Assembly: GCA_033442325.1 (NCBI GenBank)
Contig: JAWQFM010000003.1
Coordinates: 93,873 to 157,872, forward strand
Length of the DNA stretch: 64,000 nucleotides
Direction: 5' to 3'
DNA from: Salpingoeca rosetta
Lineage: Eukaryota; Protista; Choanoflagellata
The notes under the pieces: model-generated
The model's input: the letters and a program-made list of their open reading frames with translations, nothing else
What the model was told of the DNA's origin: nothing
The model's database searches: none
In this document: piece after piece, positions 14,913 through 26,269 of the stretch
Layout: each line of letters begins with the position of its first letter
Numbering within the stretch: position 1 is the stretch's first letter
Program-made: the position numbers and the translations under genes

Positions 14913-17717
14913 ATGCGGAGGGGACGACAAGCAGCAACAGCAGCGCCGCAGCCGCTGTGGCGTGCGTTGGAGCGCATGGCCTGTGGCAACAGCTTTTACA
15001 AGGCAGCGTACGAAAGGGCGCAGAGGCACGTGCAGCCCGTTGTTGTACACGCCGAGAAGGTTGCAGCGCACCAGCACAATCAGCAGAAACAACACCAGTC
15101 ACGAACAGCTGCCACACCACCATCCATTGCACAAGGTCCAATGGCCAGCAACAGGAATCGCAGCGCCCACCACAACAACCACAACACACACCACAACACA
15201 CACCACAACACACACAACAACCTCAACACCCACAGCGCCGGTGCATTTAATGCGCAGGTCACGTCAGACACACATGCGGCGCAGGTCACGTCAGACACAC
15301 ATGCGGCGCAACGCACACAAATCACACACACTGCACACAATACACACACCAAACACAACACACATACCAAACACAACGCTCACAATACACGACCGCACCA
15401 GACCAGAAAGGGGGCGCCGTCGGCTTCATCATCGCCATCACCCGTGTGTGCCACTTCAGCGGCCACGCCAGCACGGAGGGCGCTGTCTCCAATTGCACTG
15501 CTGGCGCGGATTGTATCCTCGGCCAAGTCGCTGGCGGCTTGCCCCGTGGATGTTAGTGTGTCCCACTCAGACAAAGGAGCCTCGCCCCTCATGCTGACAT
15601 CCATGCCGTTGCCGGTGGGGTCTCAGTGCAACAGTGACTACCCACTGCAAGACCACCACCATCATCGCCTTTATCCGCAACACCAGGCACCAACCATACA
15701 ACAGCACCAACACAACCATGCCACGAACAAGCAGCGGCTGTCCCAGGGTACCTTCTTCAACACACATGCAGACGACGCGTTATCCCGCTCACACCTCAGC
15801 AGCACCAAGGGTGCAGGCACAATCGGGCACAGCAATAGCAGCGCCCCTGGCGCTGAAACGCCATTCTCAGCCGCAGCCCGACTGGCACTCTTGCAAGACG
15901 TGGAGACGACATCAGCTCAACACGAGGATGATACCAGTACTTCACAGCAGAACCGCCGGCACCGCAATGCCAAGCAGCGATGGCAGCACCAGCATCAGCA
16001 GCACCAACAGGGGTTTCGGTGCACGTCCCGGGCAGAGATGCAGCAGCATGCTGAAGCGGCGCTCAGGCTGTTTGCGGTTACGGAGACACCTGCAGCCGTG
16101 GCAAGCACGCTGCAGGCCATGGAGACAGCAGGCATCGCGCTGGACGAGGAGCACGTGCACCAGCTTGTGCGGTGTTACGCGTTTGCAGGCGACACAGAGC
16201 GCGTGCATGCCACGCTGCGTGTGCTCGCGGCAGGGCACCACAGCCCCTCCCCTGCCCTGTGGACAACTGTCATGTCGGCGTACGAGCCGCCAATCACAAA
16301 CGAGAAGCTCATCGCGCTCGGGCAGACACTTGATCTTTTCCTGTTCCCCGAAGCACAATCAGCATCCCTAGCCGCGGGCGACGAAGGCATCCCCTACAGC
16401 AGCCCACGCGGCAGCAGTGGCAGTGGTGCGTTGGTTGGCAGCATCGATGACATTGGTGTGCTGCGCGACCAGGTGGATCCCGCGCACCTGGTGGGTGTGT
16501 ACATGTCCGCGCTCTCTGCCAGCCGGCAGCTGCAGCAGCCGCTGCTGTCGCGGTACATCCTCAAGCATGCGCACGCGCGGCTGCCGTCTGCCCCGCCCGT
16601 CGAGCTGTGGGACCAGGTGGTGTGGTGCTATGCGCTGTGCAAGGAGCTGTCTGCGGCGCGGGCCCTCCTGCAGACGATGCGGCAGGCCGGCGTGGAGCCA
16701 ACCATGGACACGCACGCGTTTGTGATGATGGCGCACGGGCGCGCGTACGAGGCAGATATGGCACTGGCCATGTTCGACTCGCTGCAGCGGCAGCACACGC
16801 GGCTGTCGCTGTCTGTGTACCTGTGCATCATGGACGCCCTGGCACAGACGGCGCAGCCGCAAGAGGCACGGGCCGTGTTCGACACCATGGTGCGCAGCGG
16901 CATCGCGCCCACCACCACCGCATACAACAAGCTCGTCAAGGCCTATGCGCACAGCCGCAGCCCCGAGCTTGCCGCGCGTGTGGTGGACACGATGAGGGGG
17001 GATGGCCTCCTGCCCAACGAGACGACGTACCGGTGTTGGATGTACGGGTACGCCCGCACACGCGACCCGGCCGGCGCCGAGGCGCTGCTGCACGAGATGC
17101 AGCTGCACGGCATGCAGCCGTGTGCGCAGACGTTCAACATCCTTGTGTACTGCTACGCAATGGCCGGGGAGGTGGGCACTGCCCGGGCTGTCATCGACCG
17201 CATGATCGAGTGCGGGGAGAGGCCGCTCACCGTCTCGTTCAACGTGCTCGCAAACGCATACGGGCGCCAGCACAACCTCGATGCCCTGCGCGCGCTGGTG
17301 ACGGACATGGCTGAGGCGAATGTGGCGCCCAACTTGGTGACCTACAACACGCTCATCAAGTCGTTCTGCATGAACCACCAGGTTGACAAGGCGGAGGCGA
17401 CGGTTGGCCGCATGATTGAGTCCGGGCTCGCCGGCGACCTGTCCACCTGGGGCGCCCTTGCAGGCGCGTATGCACGCAAGGGCCACATCGACAGCCTCCT
17501 CCTCACATTTCGCCGGTGCATCGCAGGCGGCTGCTTGCCAAATAAGCAGATGTTCGACATGGTGGTGTTCCTCCTGTCGCGCGCGTCTGTGCCCGAGGCC
17601 GAGCGGTTGCACACCATCACGACTATTGCACACATGATTGTTGATGCGGCGCAGGACGACCCAGACGCAAACCGCGCCCTCATCCAACACTGCTTGCACA
17701 GCGTCACGGCGTCGTAG
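14913..17717 (+). CDS. P-type pentatricopeptide repeat protein (intronless, 934 aa)
   Basis: Tandem 35-aa PPRs in the C-terminal half (PTTTAYNKLVKAYA, PNETTYRCWMYGYA, PCAQTFNILVYCYA, PNLVTYNTLIKSFC). Low-complexity N-terminal third. Confidence 0.9.
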   Translation: MRRGRQAATAAPQPLWRALERMACGNSFYKAAYERAQRHVQPVVVHAEKVAAHQHNQQKQHQSRTAATPPSIAQGPMASNRNRSAHHNNHNTHHNTHHNTHNNLNTHSAGAFNAQVTSDTHAAQVTSDTHAAQRTQITHTAHNTHTKHNTHTKHNAHNTRPHQTRKGAPSASSSPSPVCATSAATPARRALSPIALLARIVSSAKSLAACPVDVSVSHSDKGASPLMLTSMPLPVGSQCNSDYPLQDHHHHRLYPQHQAPTIQQHQHNHATNKQRLSQGTFFNTHADDALSRSHLSSTKGAGTIGHSNSSAPGAETPFSAAARLALLQDVETTSAQHEDDTSTSQQNRRHRNAKQRWQHQHQQHQQGFRCTSRAEMQQHAEAALRLFAVTETPAAVASTLQAMETAGIALDEEHVHQLVRCYAFAGDTERVHATLRVLAAGHHSPSPALWTTVMSAYEPPITNEKLIALGQTLDLFLFPEAQSASLAAGDEGIPYSSPRGSSGSGALVGSIDDIGVLRDQVDPAHLVGVYMSALSASRQLQQPLLSRYILKHAHARLPSAPPVELWDQVVWCYALCKELSAARALLQTMRQAGVEPTMDTHAFVMMAHGRAYEADMALAMFDSLQRQHTRLSLSVYLCIMDALAQTAQPQEARAVFDTMVRSGIAPTTTAYNKLVKAYAHSRSPELAARVVDTMRGDGLLPNETTYRCWMYGYARTRDPAGAEALLHEMQLHGMQPCAQTFNILVYCYAMAGEVGTARAVIDRMIECGERPLTVSFNVLANAYGRQHNLDALRALVTDMAEANVAPNLVTYNTLIKSFCMNHQVDKAEATVGRMIESGLAGDLSTWGALAGAYARKGHIDSLLLTFRRCIAGGCLPNKQMFDMVVFLLSRASVPEAERLHTITTIAHMIVDAAQDDPDANRALIQHCLHSVTAS

Positions 17718-18218
17718 AACACGCACGCGCGTGTGAATGTGTGTGTGTGTGTGTGTGTGTGTGCGGCGTTGGGTGTGGCGTGAGCGAGACGTGGGTGTGA
17801 CTTGCGTGGTTAGCTTTGTGGGGTATTAGGCGTGTCACATCATGGCTAGCTGTCTGGCTGACTTGTGTTTGGTTCTTGGTGGTGCCTTTGAATTCGTTCC
17901 TCTTGTCGTGCTTAAAGGTGTGACTTGCTGCCCTGTGCTTTGCGGCAGAACATGCAAACTTCTGTACGTTTGTTTGTTGTGCCGTTGTTATATCTGACTG
18001 ATCCTCAGTGGTTCTCTGACTCCCCAGCGGTGTTTAATTTAAACGAGAGCAAGCTCCCCTGTTGGCGTGATTGTGTGTGTGTGTGTGTGTGTGTGTGATT
18101 GTGTGTGAAGGCGGCGACAATTTGTTGTTGGTTGGTTGCAGAGAGCAGGCACCGGCAACAAGCGGGTGAAGAACTGGTGGTGTGGAGATCACGAAAGCAA
18201 AACAAATAATAAAGATCC

Positions 18219-18290
18219 CTCCCCCACGGGGAATCGAACCCCGACCCCGACGGTGAGAGCGTCGTATCCTAGCCATTAGACCATGGGGGA
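18219..18290 (-). tRNA. tRNA-Glu (CTC)
   Basis: TCCCCCA/TGGGGGA acceptor stem, D arm TGGTCTAATGGCTAGGA, anticodon stem CGACG-CTCTCAC-CGTCG, GGTTCGATTCC T arm; T-rich sequence downstream. Confidence 0.97.
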
Positions 18291-19334
18291 TCTTGTAATC
18301 ACTCGGTAATTTTTACTTATATTTAGTTAATTGCTAGACGTCATGGACTTCATGGAAGACGGACAATGAAGGACTGACTGACCATATGTGGTGTGTGAAT
18401 TAATTTGATGTGACAATCAAACAATACAGGAGTCTTGAGTATCAGTCACAAGGTTCCACGTTGGTCATATGAAGCAGCACATGACCGTATTTCTTTAATG
18501 CCATCAATTTTAGACCTTTGCGCGGCCGCAACCAGGCAACCCCGTGACACGCCTCGTGCTCATGTCAACACCACCATCTTAAAGCACACGCCTTTGCACA
18601 CAACCCCGCAACTTACCTCGATCGACCTTGAGGGTATTGCTGCCATGAGTGGTTACGTCGATACCCAAAACAACCAGACACTGCAGCACGTGAACTGCCA
18701 CGGCTTGGGCTCGTGTTTGTGTGCTGACCGTTTGGCAGAAGCCACAAACTGTCCGTCTCTCTGTGAACCCGACGCTTGTCCCCCTCATTAAGGTTGCGCG
18801 AGGGCGCGTGTGTGATCATGCATGCATGTGTGTGTGTGTGTGCGACCGTGTATGTGCGCTCAATTACGTTCCCTTCAATGCTTTGTGGCATGGGCCTTAT
18901 TGTCCTCTCTGTCTCTCACTGTTCTGCCTCTCTCTCTCTCTTACGTGCATGCATCCCGTTCCCAACACCAGCCCAAATACACACCAACGTTACATGGAGA
19001 AGAGACGTATGTTCACCCGGTTGCTTCCGACAATTTATTCGCTGCACAGGCGAGGGGCACCGCCATCACCCACGCACACCAACACATTCAAAGGAGAAGC
19101 AAACGAACACAAACAGACACAACGCCACCTGCCCCCCCCCCAAAACAACACACGGCCCTCACACAAAATAAAGAAGAAAGAGGCCCCCAAGAGGACAGCA
19201 CAAACGCCAATCATTAAGCAAGAGAAGAGGATGAAGGGAAAGTCAACAAACACAACCGAGCACAAATCGCACCCAAGTAGAGCCATGCCACCACCAACCC
19301 CGGAGCAAGAGCACACTGGTCAGTAGTGGCCGCA

Positions 19335-20840
19335 TCACGGGGACAGAAGCTGCACGGGAAACACACGTCCACTCCTCGCACTCCACAGCAAGAAGGCCAG
19401 CCTCGACAGAGCATCAAGCCCGCTGACGGCATCCGCAGCCACGGCGGCATAGTCCATCGTGGCAAGGGCACGTGCACTGTAGTCCCTGCGCCCAGTCTCA
19501 TAGGCAGGCGTGTCAGAGACGCGTGCAGCTGCGCTGCTGCTGCCGTTGCCGTCGGGGCTATCGAGGGTGAGCTCGAAAGCAGCCGTTGGCACCGTGGCGC
19601 TGGACATGGCATAGTCTGTCGTGGCAAGGGCACGTGCACTGTAGTCCCTGCGCCCAGTCCCATAGGCAGGTGTGACAGAGACGCGTGCAGCTGCGCTGCT
19701 GCTGCCGTTGCCGTCGGGGCTATCGAGGGTGAGCTCGAAAGCAGCCGTTGGCACCGTGGCGCTGGACATGGCATAGTCTGTCGTGGCAAGGGCAAGTGCA
19801 CTGTAGTCCCTGCGCCCAGTCTCATAGGCAGGTGTGACAGAGACGCGTGCAGCTGCGCTGCTGCTGCCGTTGCCGTCGGGGCTATCGAGGGTGAGCTCGA
19901 AAGCAGCCGTTGGCACCGTGGCGCTGGACATGGCATAGTCTGTCGTGGCAAGGGCACGTGCACTGTAGTCCCTGCGCCCAGTCTCATAGGCAGGTGTGAC
20001 TGCGCTGCTGCTGCCGTTGCCGTCGGGGCTGTCGAGGGTGACGGGGCTGCTGGCGGGGGCGGGGAGCTCGTAAGCGGCCGTTGGGGATGTGGGGGCGGAC
20101 GTTGCCAGGTCTGGCTCCTCATCCTCTTTCCCGCCAGGCAGCTGTGCCAGGTGCCGCTGCGTGGCCGCAATCATGGCCTCTTGTTCCTCCTCACACCAAG
20201 CAAAGCGGAACCGGTCAAACAAGTCCATGGGGTCGTCGCCGCATTCCCACATGTGCGGGTAGATGTCCTCAAAGTGCGAGTCGGACAGTTGCTCTCCGCG
20301 CGAATAGGCGCGGGCGCGCATGCGGGCGACGATAATGTTGCGGCACGGGACGCAGAACAGCTTACACGGCGATGTGAGAAAGTAGACGTTGCCCACATCA
20401 CCACGGCACATGTAGCACACTTCGTTGCCCGGCACACGCCTAGTGCCCTTCAGCATCTTGTCTGCGCAGACGGCCCGGTGCTCCTCCAGGTCCTGCGTCA
20501 CCACGCGCAGCATGGCCGCACACAGGGCAGCGTCACGCGGCAGGCGCTCCGGCTCCCGCGACAGAATACAGCGCGCAAGGTGGCGGCGCGGAAGCACGTA
20601 GAAGCGCAAACGCCGGTAGTCAGCACGAAGCATCACCTCATACTGCAGCGCACACAATGGCGCAAGCCTCCACGACCAACGTACGCACTGGCCAAGCACC
20701 TATCGACATCAACACAAGGGAGGGCAGAAGCACAGAGACGTGGTCAGCGGTTGAATCGGTGTGAGTACACACCCAGCAGCACACACGCACCAGAAGGTGT
20801 GTGTGTATGTCATACATCTGTCGCCAGCGCTTCAGACCGC

Positions 20841-20912
<72 letters not shown>

Positions 20913-21911
20913 GCGACACCACCAGCCAGCCAACAAACAACGGCAAATGCTCACCCGAACCCAGTGGAGAGCGCCCGGGTTGATAAGGACAGCTTCGCCC
21001 GGCCCTTGGATGAACCGCACCAGCGGAATGTTCTCCTTGTCGAGCTCGTCAGGAGTCGGCCACCACCACGCTTCCTTGAAGTCGATACCATTCTTCTTGC
21101 AGAGCGACTCAACGCGGCCCACGTGCTCGAGAGCAATGCCGTACCACACGCACGACCCCGGCCCGACGTTGATGTGGACTTGCATCAGGCGGTCGCGGTC
21201 CTGGTGTGCAGGCGTCGCCCATCCTGCCTCCTCCAGGCGGATAGATTGACTGTTCACGCCGCGAACGACATCAAGCCCGGCGAGCATGGTGCCGCCTCCG
21301 CGCCAGTGCAGCTCGTCGGGGAGGGTGACTCTTAGCTCCTGCAGCTGCTCTTCGGACACGTTCTGGCTCAGACATGCGCTGGGGGAAAACGCCGCACACC
21401 CCCGGGTCTCGAGCATCCCCAGGGCTCGGACCGCGGCATCCGCCTCCGCATGTACGGCGCGCACGACGTCCTCGCTTGCTTGGTAGGCGCGGGGTGGGGT
21501 GACACGTGCTCGAAGGACGGAGATGGCACCGGCACTTGAGCTGGAACCACGGCTGCTGTCGACAGCTGGTATTGGCAACGACCATTTTGCTCGCTTGGGC
21601 TGGTGCTCGTCTTGTGTCGTGTGCGTTGGGTCGGTGGGAGCAGCCATCTGCAGGTAGGCGGGCAAGAGCACTGTCTTGCTGCTGCCGTTGTTCCTCTCTG
21701 CCTTGAGCCTCCAGCCGCTGCAGCTGGTCTGCACTTGGGTGCTCAGCGGTGTCGAGGGGCGGGCGTCCGGCAGCGGGTACTTGAAGGTGAAGCCCGGGCA
21801 GCGGAGAAAAGGTGGGCTATCGACTGTTGGAGTGGGCAGAACACCCGGCCCAACGCCGTGGGTCGTCAGATACGCATCCTTCCACACCACTGACGATGCA
21901 GTCCGAGGCAT
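19335..21911 (-). CDS. KDM6 (UTX/JMJD3)-like JmjC protein with C-terminal Zn finger and repeat tail; 2 exons (21911-20955, 20699-19335)
   Basis: TPAHQD...VHINVGPGSCVWY...LCKKNGIDF..WWWP...ENIPLVRFIQGPGEAVLINPGALHWVR|VLGQC follows the UTX JmjC pattern (TPGHQE...NINIGPGDCEWF...WWP...[28 protein letters not shown]). It is followed by a CYMC...CVPC Zn finger. Confidence 0.85.
19448..20085. repeat. 162-bp coding tandem repeat, about 4 copies (54-aa unit)
   Basis: Units start at 19448, 19610, 19772 and 19934. The first three are near-identical; the fourth is diverged with a deletion. Confidence 0.95.
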
Positions 21912-22237
21912 GGCGCAGGATAGCGCGCAGGAGAGGAAAGAGGGGAGAGAGAAGGGATGGATGAAGGAGAGTGGACGAGAGAGGAGAGAAGAAAGGTGGG
22001 TAATGGCCACCACCAGAAACGGAGAAGACGAGGCGTGCTTGGGAAGCACAGGCACCTCAAGTGCACAGGGAGGATAGCACAGATGCGCTCAAGGGACTGA
22101 CTTGATATCAGAGGTCCAGATGAAAATGAACCGAGAGGATGGCGCTGAGCCATGCATACATGCACCTATGGAAAAAAGGAGGAAGGAACGAAGAAGTGCA
22201 CAGCGAACCAAGCAAATGCTGCGGAAGAGGAATAAAC

Positions 22238-22303
<66 letters not shown>

Positions 22304-22548
22304 GGTGGTTGTGCTCGGCTGAAATTTGAATTTCGTTGCCAACGCAAGAAAAGTGGGAAAGGTGCCGAGGACGCACGCAACGCACACAACGCACAGAGCC
22401 GCCGATGCACAACGGGCATGGTGGATATGCGCCCGTGGCCTCAGACGGAAAAACTGCCAACACTGGTGCGAAAAGCAGCCATCCCCAAAGCAAGGGGCGC
22501 AGCGCACAGGCCGCAGTGCAACAAGGGTGTCCGTGTCCGTGTCCGTGT

Positions 22549-22590
<42 letters not shown>

Positions 22591-23659
22591 GGGCGCGTGA
22601 TGGCACGTAAGAGCGTGCTGGGTGGATGACGAGAGGAAGACAGTACGAGAGTGAGGGCATGAAAGGACCGTGAAGATGAAGATGAAGAGGAAGAGGAAGG
22701 AGGAAGGGGGAGGTAGTTGAGAAAAGGCGAGGCAGGCGGGTAAGAGTTGTGGTAACTGCCACAGGGACCCGCCAAGATGGAAACTGGCTGTCACCTTCAA
22801 TGCACAGGAGCGCGCGCTCATGCACATGTGCACACGCAAGAGACAGTGCTTAGAATAGGGCGCGCGAGACAAGAGGAGAGATGGAGACTGAGAAGCACTG
22901 GCACCAGCAGCAGCAAGGGAAGCGCTGGCAACAGCAGCAGCAGCGGCAGTAGCAAAAGCGCGCCAACAGTGGTGCAACAAGTGCAACAACAACAAGCGCG
23001 CAAGCACCAGAGAGACAAAGGGAAGAGCTGGCTGCCCGTGTGCCAACAGCAAAGAAACAACACACTGGCCAAGAAATGGGCAGTGCAGCCGGCGACCCAG
23101 CCAACCCAACCAAAAGCAAGCCACGCAGGCAAGCACAAAGACCCCGCTTTGCCCCCGCGATAGAGGGAGGGAAGAAGGAGAGGAAGTTGGTGGTCGCGGG
23201 TTTGGCGCCAACGTTCCCTCAGCCAAGCACCATCAGTCCTTCATCACGAAATGTGACGGGCACATGGCAGGGGGGGGGGGAGAGAGTGTGTGTGAGTGTA
23301 CGTGTGCGTGTGAGTGTGAATGTGTGTGAGAGAGAGGATGAGAGGTGAGCGCACAAAGAGCACCTCCACTGAAGAGAGGGAAGGAAGACGGGAAGAGGAT
23401 ATGGGGGTGGGGGTGGGAGAGGTGTGATGGGAATGGAGAGGAAGAGGAAGAGAGAGGAAGGGGGAAAGGAAAGAAGCAAGAGCAACGTGTGCCACTGCCG
23501 CAACGGAACCACGCGCGTGAATGAAAAACAAACCCATCTGACACGATGATGACATCAGCAAACACGTTTGTTGGTCCCCAACCACCCAAACACACCAACA
23601 ACAAAATAGCACAGGAGGAAGACGAAAGGAAGCAGAAAGGCAGTAGAAATGCAGTAGAA

Positions 23660-23772
23660 AAGAAGAAGAAAGGAAGAAGAAAGGAAGAAGAAAGGAAGAA
23701 GAAAGGAAGAAGAAAGGAAGAAGAAAGGAAGAAGAAAGGAAGAAGAAAGGAAGAAGAAAGGAAGAAGAAGAA
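23660..23772. repeat. 11-bp polypurine minisatellite (AAAGGAAGAAG)n
   Basis: About 10 consecutive copies read directly from the sequence. Confidence 0.85.
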
Positions 23773-24444
23773 AGGCGTGGGTAAAACAAACACAGACACA
23801 CAGACACACATACACACACACACACAGACAACAACAACAACAACAACAGCACGACAGCGATCAATGTGTCTCACCTGCTGCTGTTGTTGCGAGGAAACGA
23901 TGACGAATTTCGGAAGCAGCGTGGTTGGGACGTGGGTCCACTCATGTCACACCCATTTCTTGATATCCGTGTGACGGCTGATGCGAAGAAGCGCTCCGCC
24001 ATGCTTATATGTGTCCACTGCTCAACTTGATCGGGTGAAGGCGTGTGCCTGTGTTGTGTGGGAGCCGGTGTGGAAGAGAGGTGGGCTTTGCACACTCTTG
24101 CAGCAAGCAGCATGAACGCTTCACAGCATCACCCAGCGGTTATTGCTGCAGTTGCTGGTATGGCTACTGCTGTCATCCTCTCTTGCTCATGCTGTTCCGT
24201 CATCATCATTCCATTCCAATGACGCTTGAGGCGAGCAGAACGCTCGCGTGTCACTGTCACGCGGCAGTGGCTACGTGCCTGCTTCGTTTGTTTGGGTGCA
24301 TCGTGTCAGCAGCACAAGCAGTGGCGCGCCAAAACCAGGAAAGGCAATTTTGACCTTTTTCACAAAGGCAATTTTGACTGAAGCTTCCTTGCTTGTGTTG
24401 GTGAACTATTTTGAAATCTCCAAAAATTCTCAGGTCTCCGAAGA

Positions 24445-24516
24445 TCCCCCATGGTCTAATGGCTAGGATACGACGCTCTCACCGTCGGGGTCGGGGTTCG
24501 ATTCCCCGTGGGGGAG
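24445..24516 (+). tRNA. tRNA-Glu (CTC), identical to the copy at 18219-18290
   Basis: Same 72-nt sequence and cloverleaf. Followed by TTTTCTTTTT, a Pol III terminator-like run. Confidence 0.97.
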
Positions 24517-24991
24517 AAGTGTTTTCTTTTTGTCCCTGAACGACCCAAACGGCGTGCTCTGTTGTGCTGCGTTGAGCCCGTTCCTCACTTGCCATTGTGG
24601 TTTGTGGTTTGTTTGCTCGAACGCTTGACCTGACGCGCTTGACGTGGTGGATGGATGTCTTGGGCTGTATTGATGCAACACTAAAAGAACGGGAAAGGAC
24701 AGAAGCTATGCCCAACAGTGCAACCAACGCTGCTAACACTGCTGCGAGAGAAACCAGAAACATGACTCCGGTGACCAAGGAGATCGGGGAGGCAGGAAGT
24801 GGAGGGAAAGAATCAACCTCGCGTATTGTGTACGGCAGAGGAGACAACGAGCAGCGAAAAGAAAGAACAGTCAGTCACCGCCGAGCGAGGGAAAGGGCCG
24901 TGAGATAGGAAATGAATGATAACAGCAGGCGCTGGGGAGGGGAGAGAGCTGCAAGGCTACACACGCACACGCACACACACACGCAGCTTGG

Positions 24992-25215
24992 TTACTCCAT
25001 GCCCATCCTGTCGGTGAGCCAGAGCGCAAACTCATAGCCGACGAAGCAGGCCGCGTTGGCCGGGAACGCGCGCGCCATGACAGCGCTGAAGCCGCGGAAC
25101 AGAGCACCCACGCCTGTGCACGGTACGCGGGGGCGGCCAGGGGAGGTGAGTGAGGAGGGGGGGGGGCGTGGAAAGGAAAGGCGGAGAAGAGAAAGGCAGA
25201 ATCATGGGTGAGCGA

Positions 25216-25256
<41 letters not shown>

Positions 25257-25298
25257 AACGTGAACGCACATAGATAAGATTCACACCTCCCTCCACCA

Positions 25299-25341
<43 letters not shown>

Positions 25342-26203
25342 AACAAACACCCCCCCCCCTTTCAAGTACACCTGCACCCACACACGTGCGGCCCTACCGT
25401 CAGTCTTGATGATGTCTGCGAGCACGGGGAGGTAACCAGAGTAACGGCCGTTGGGGGCAACCTGCAACACGCACACAGGCAACGTATGGGGCGCAGCCAA
25501 GGGTGAAATCGAGCAAGGCAACACACAGCGAGTTAGAGCACAATGGCCAGGGAAACACAAAACAGACCACACAGACCCACTCATCACTGCCCCCATTCCC
25601 TTGCCCACGCACAAGCTCGCTCGCTCCACACAGACCTGGAAGCGTGTCTTGACAGTGTCGATAGGGAGGCAGACGGCCCAGTTGCCCATGCCGGCCAGAC
25701 CGCCAGCAAGCAGCAGGCCAGGCACGCTCGGTCCACGCTGGTGTTCGAAATCGACACACGAAGAAGACGCAAGGTTAAGAAGAAACAACAAGAAGCAACA
25801 GGCGTGCCACGCCAGGTGAGCGACGTATGACGTGACACACGGCACGGCACAGGTCTGGAACGAAGCAGTCCGGCAGGATCACGGTGGAAGAACGTACAGG
25901 CATTCAAAACAACAACACTCAAGAACAACAACCAAACACGCACAGACAGACACAGACACAGACACACACCCAGACACACACACACGCACGCACAGATACA
26001 CGCAGACACACCTCGCCTTCGGCGGTGAAGGCCAGCTTCAAGACTTCGTAGCCGGAAAAGTAGACAGCAGAACCAACACTGTAAACCAGGGCGTGCGTTG
26101 ATGGTGTCACCCATGAGAGCACGCCGGCAAATACTGTCGGCGCAATTGCGCACAGCCACACACATACAGCCACAGCCACAGCCACAGCCACACAGACAGC
26201 CAC

Positions 26204-26269
<66 letters not shown>

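Noticed and set aside
16368-17726. 452-aa minus-strand ORF
   Set aside because: Antisense shadow of the PPR gene.
19448-20085. CRISPR-like array
   Set aside because: Contiguous 162-bp units with no unique spacers, in-frame coding, and eukaryotic context.
19326-21335. 669-aa plus-strand ORF
   Set aside because: Antisense to the KDM6-like gene, runs through its intron microsatellite, and shows no recognisable domain.
18291-24444. Autonomous transposon or LTR element between the tRNAs
   Set aside because: No TIR, LTR, target-site duplication, transposase, RT or integrase motifs were found by eye, so it is not annotated as a mobile element.
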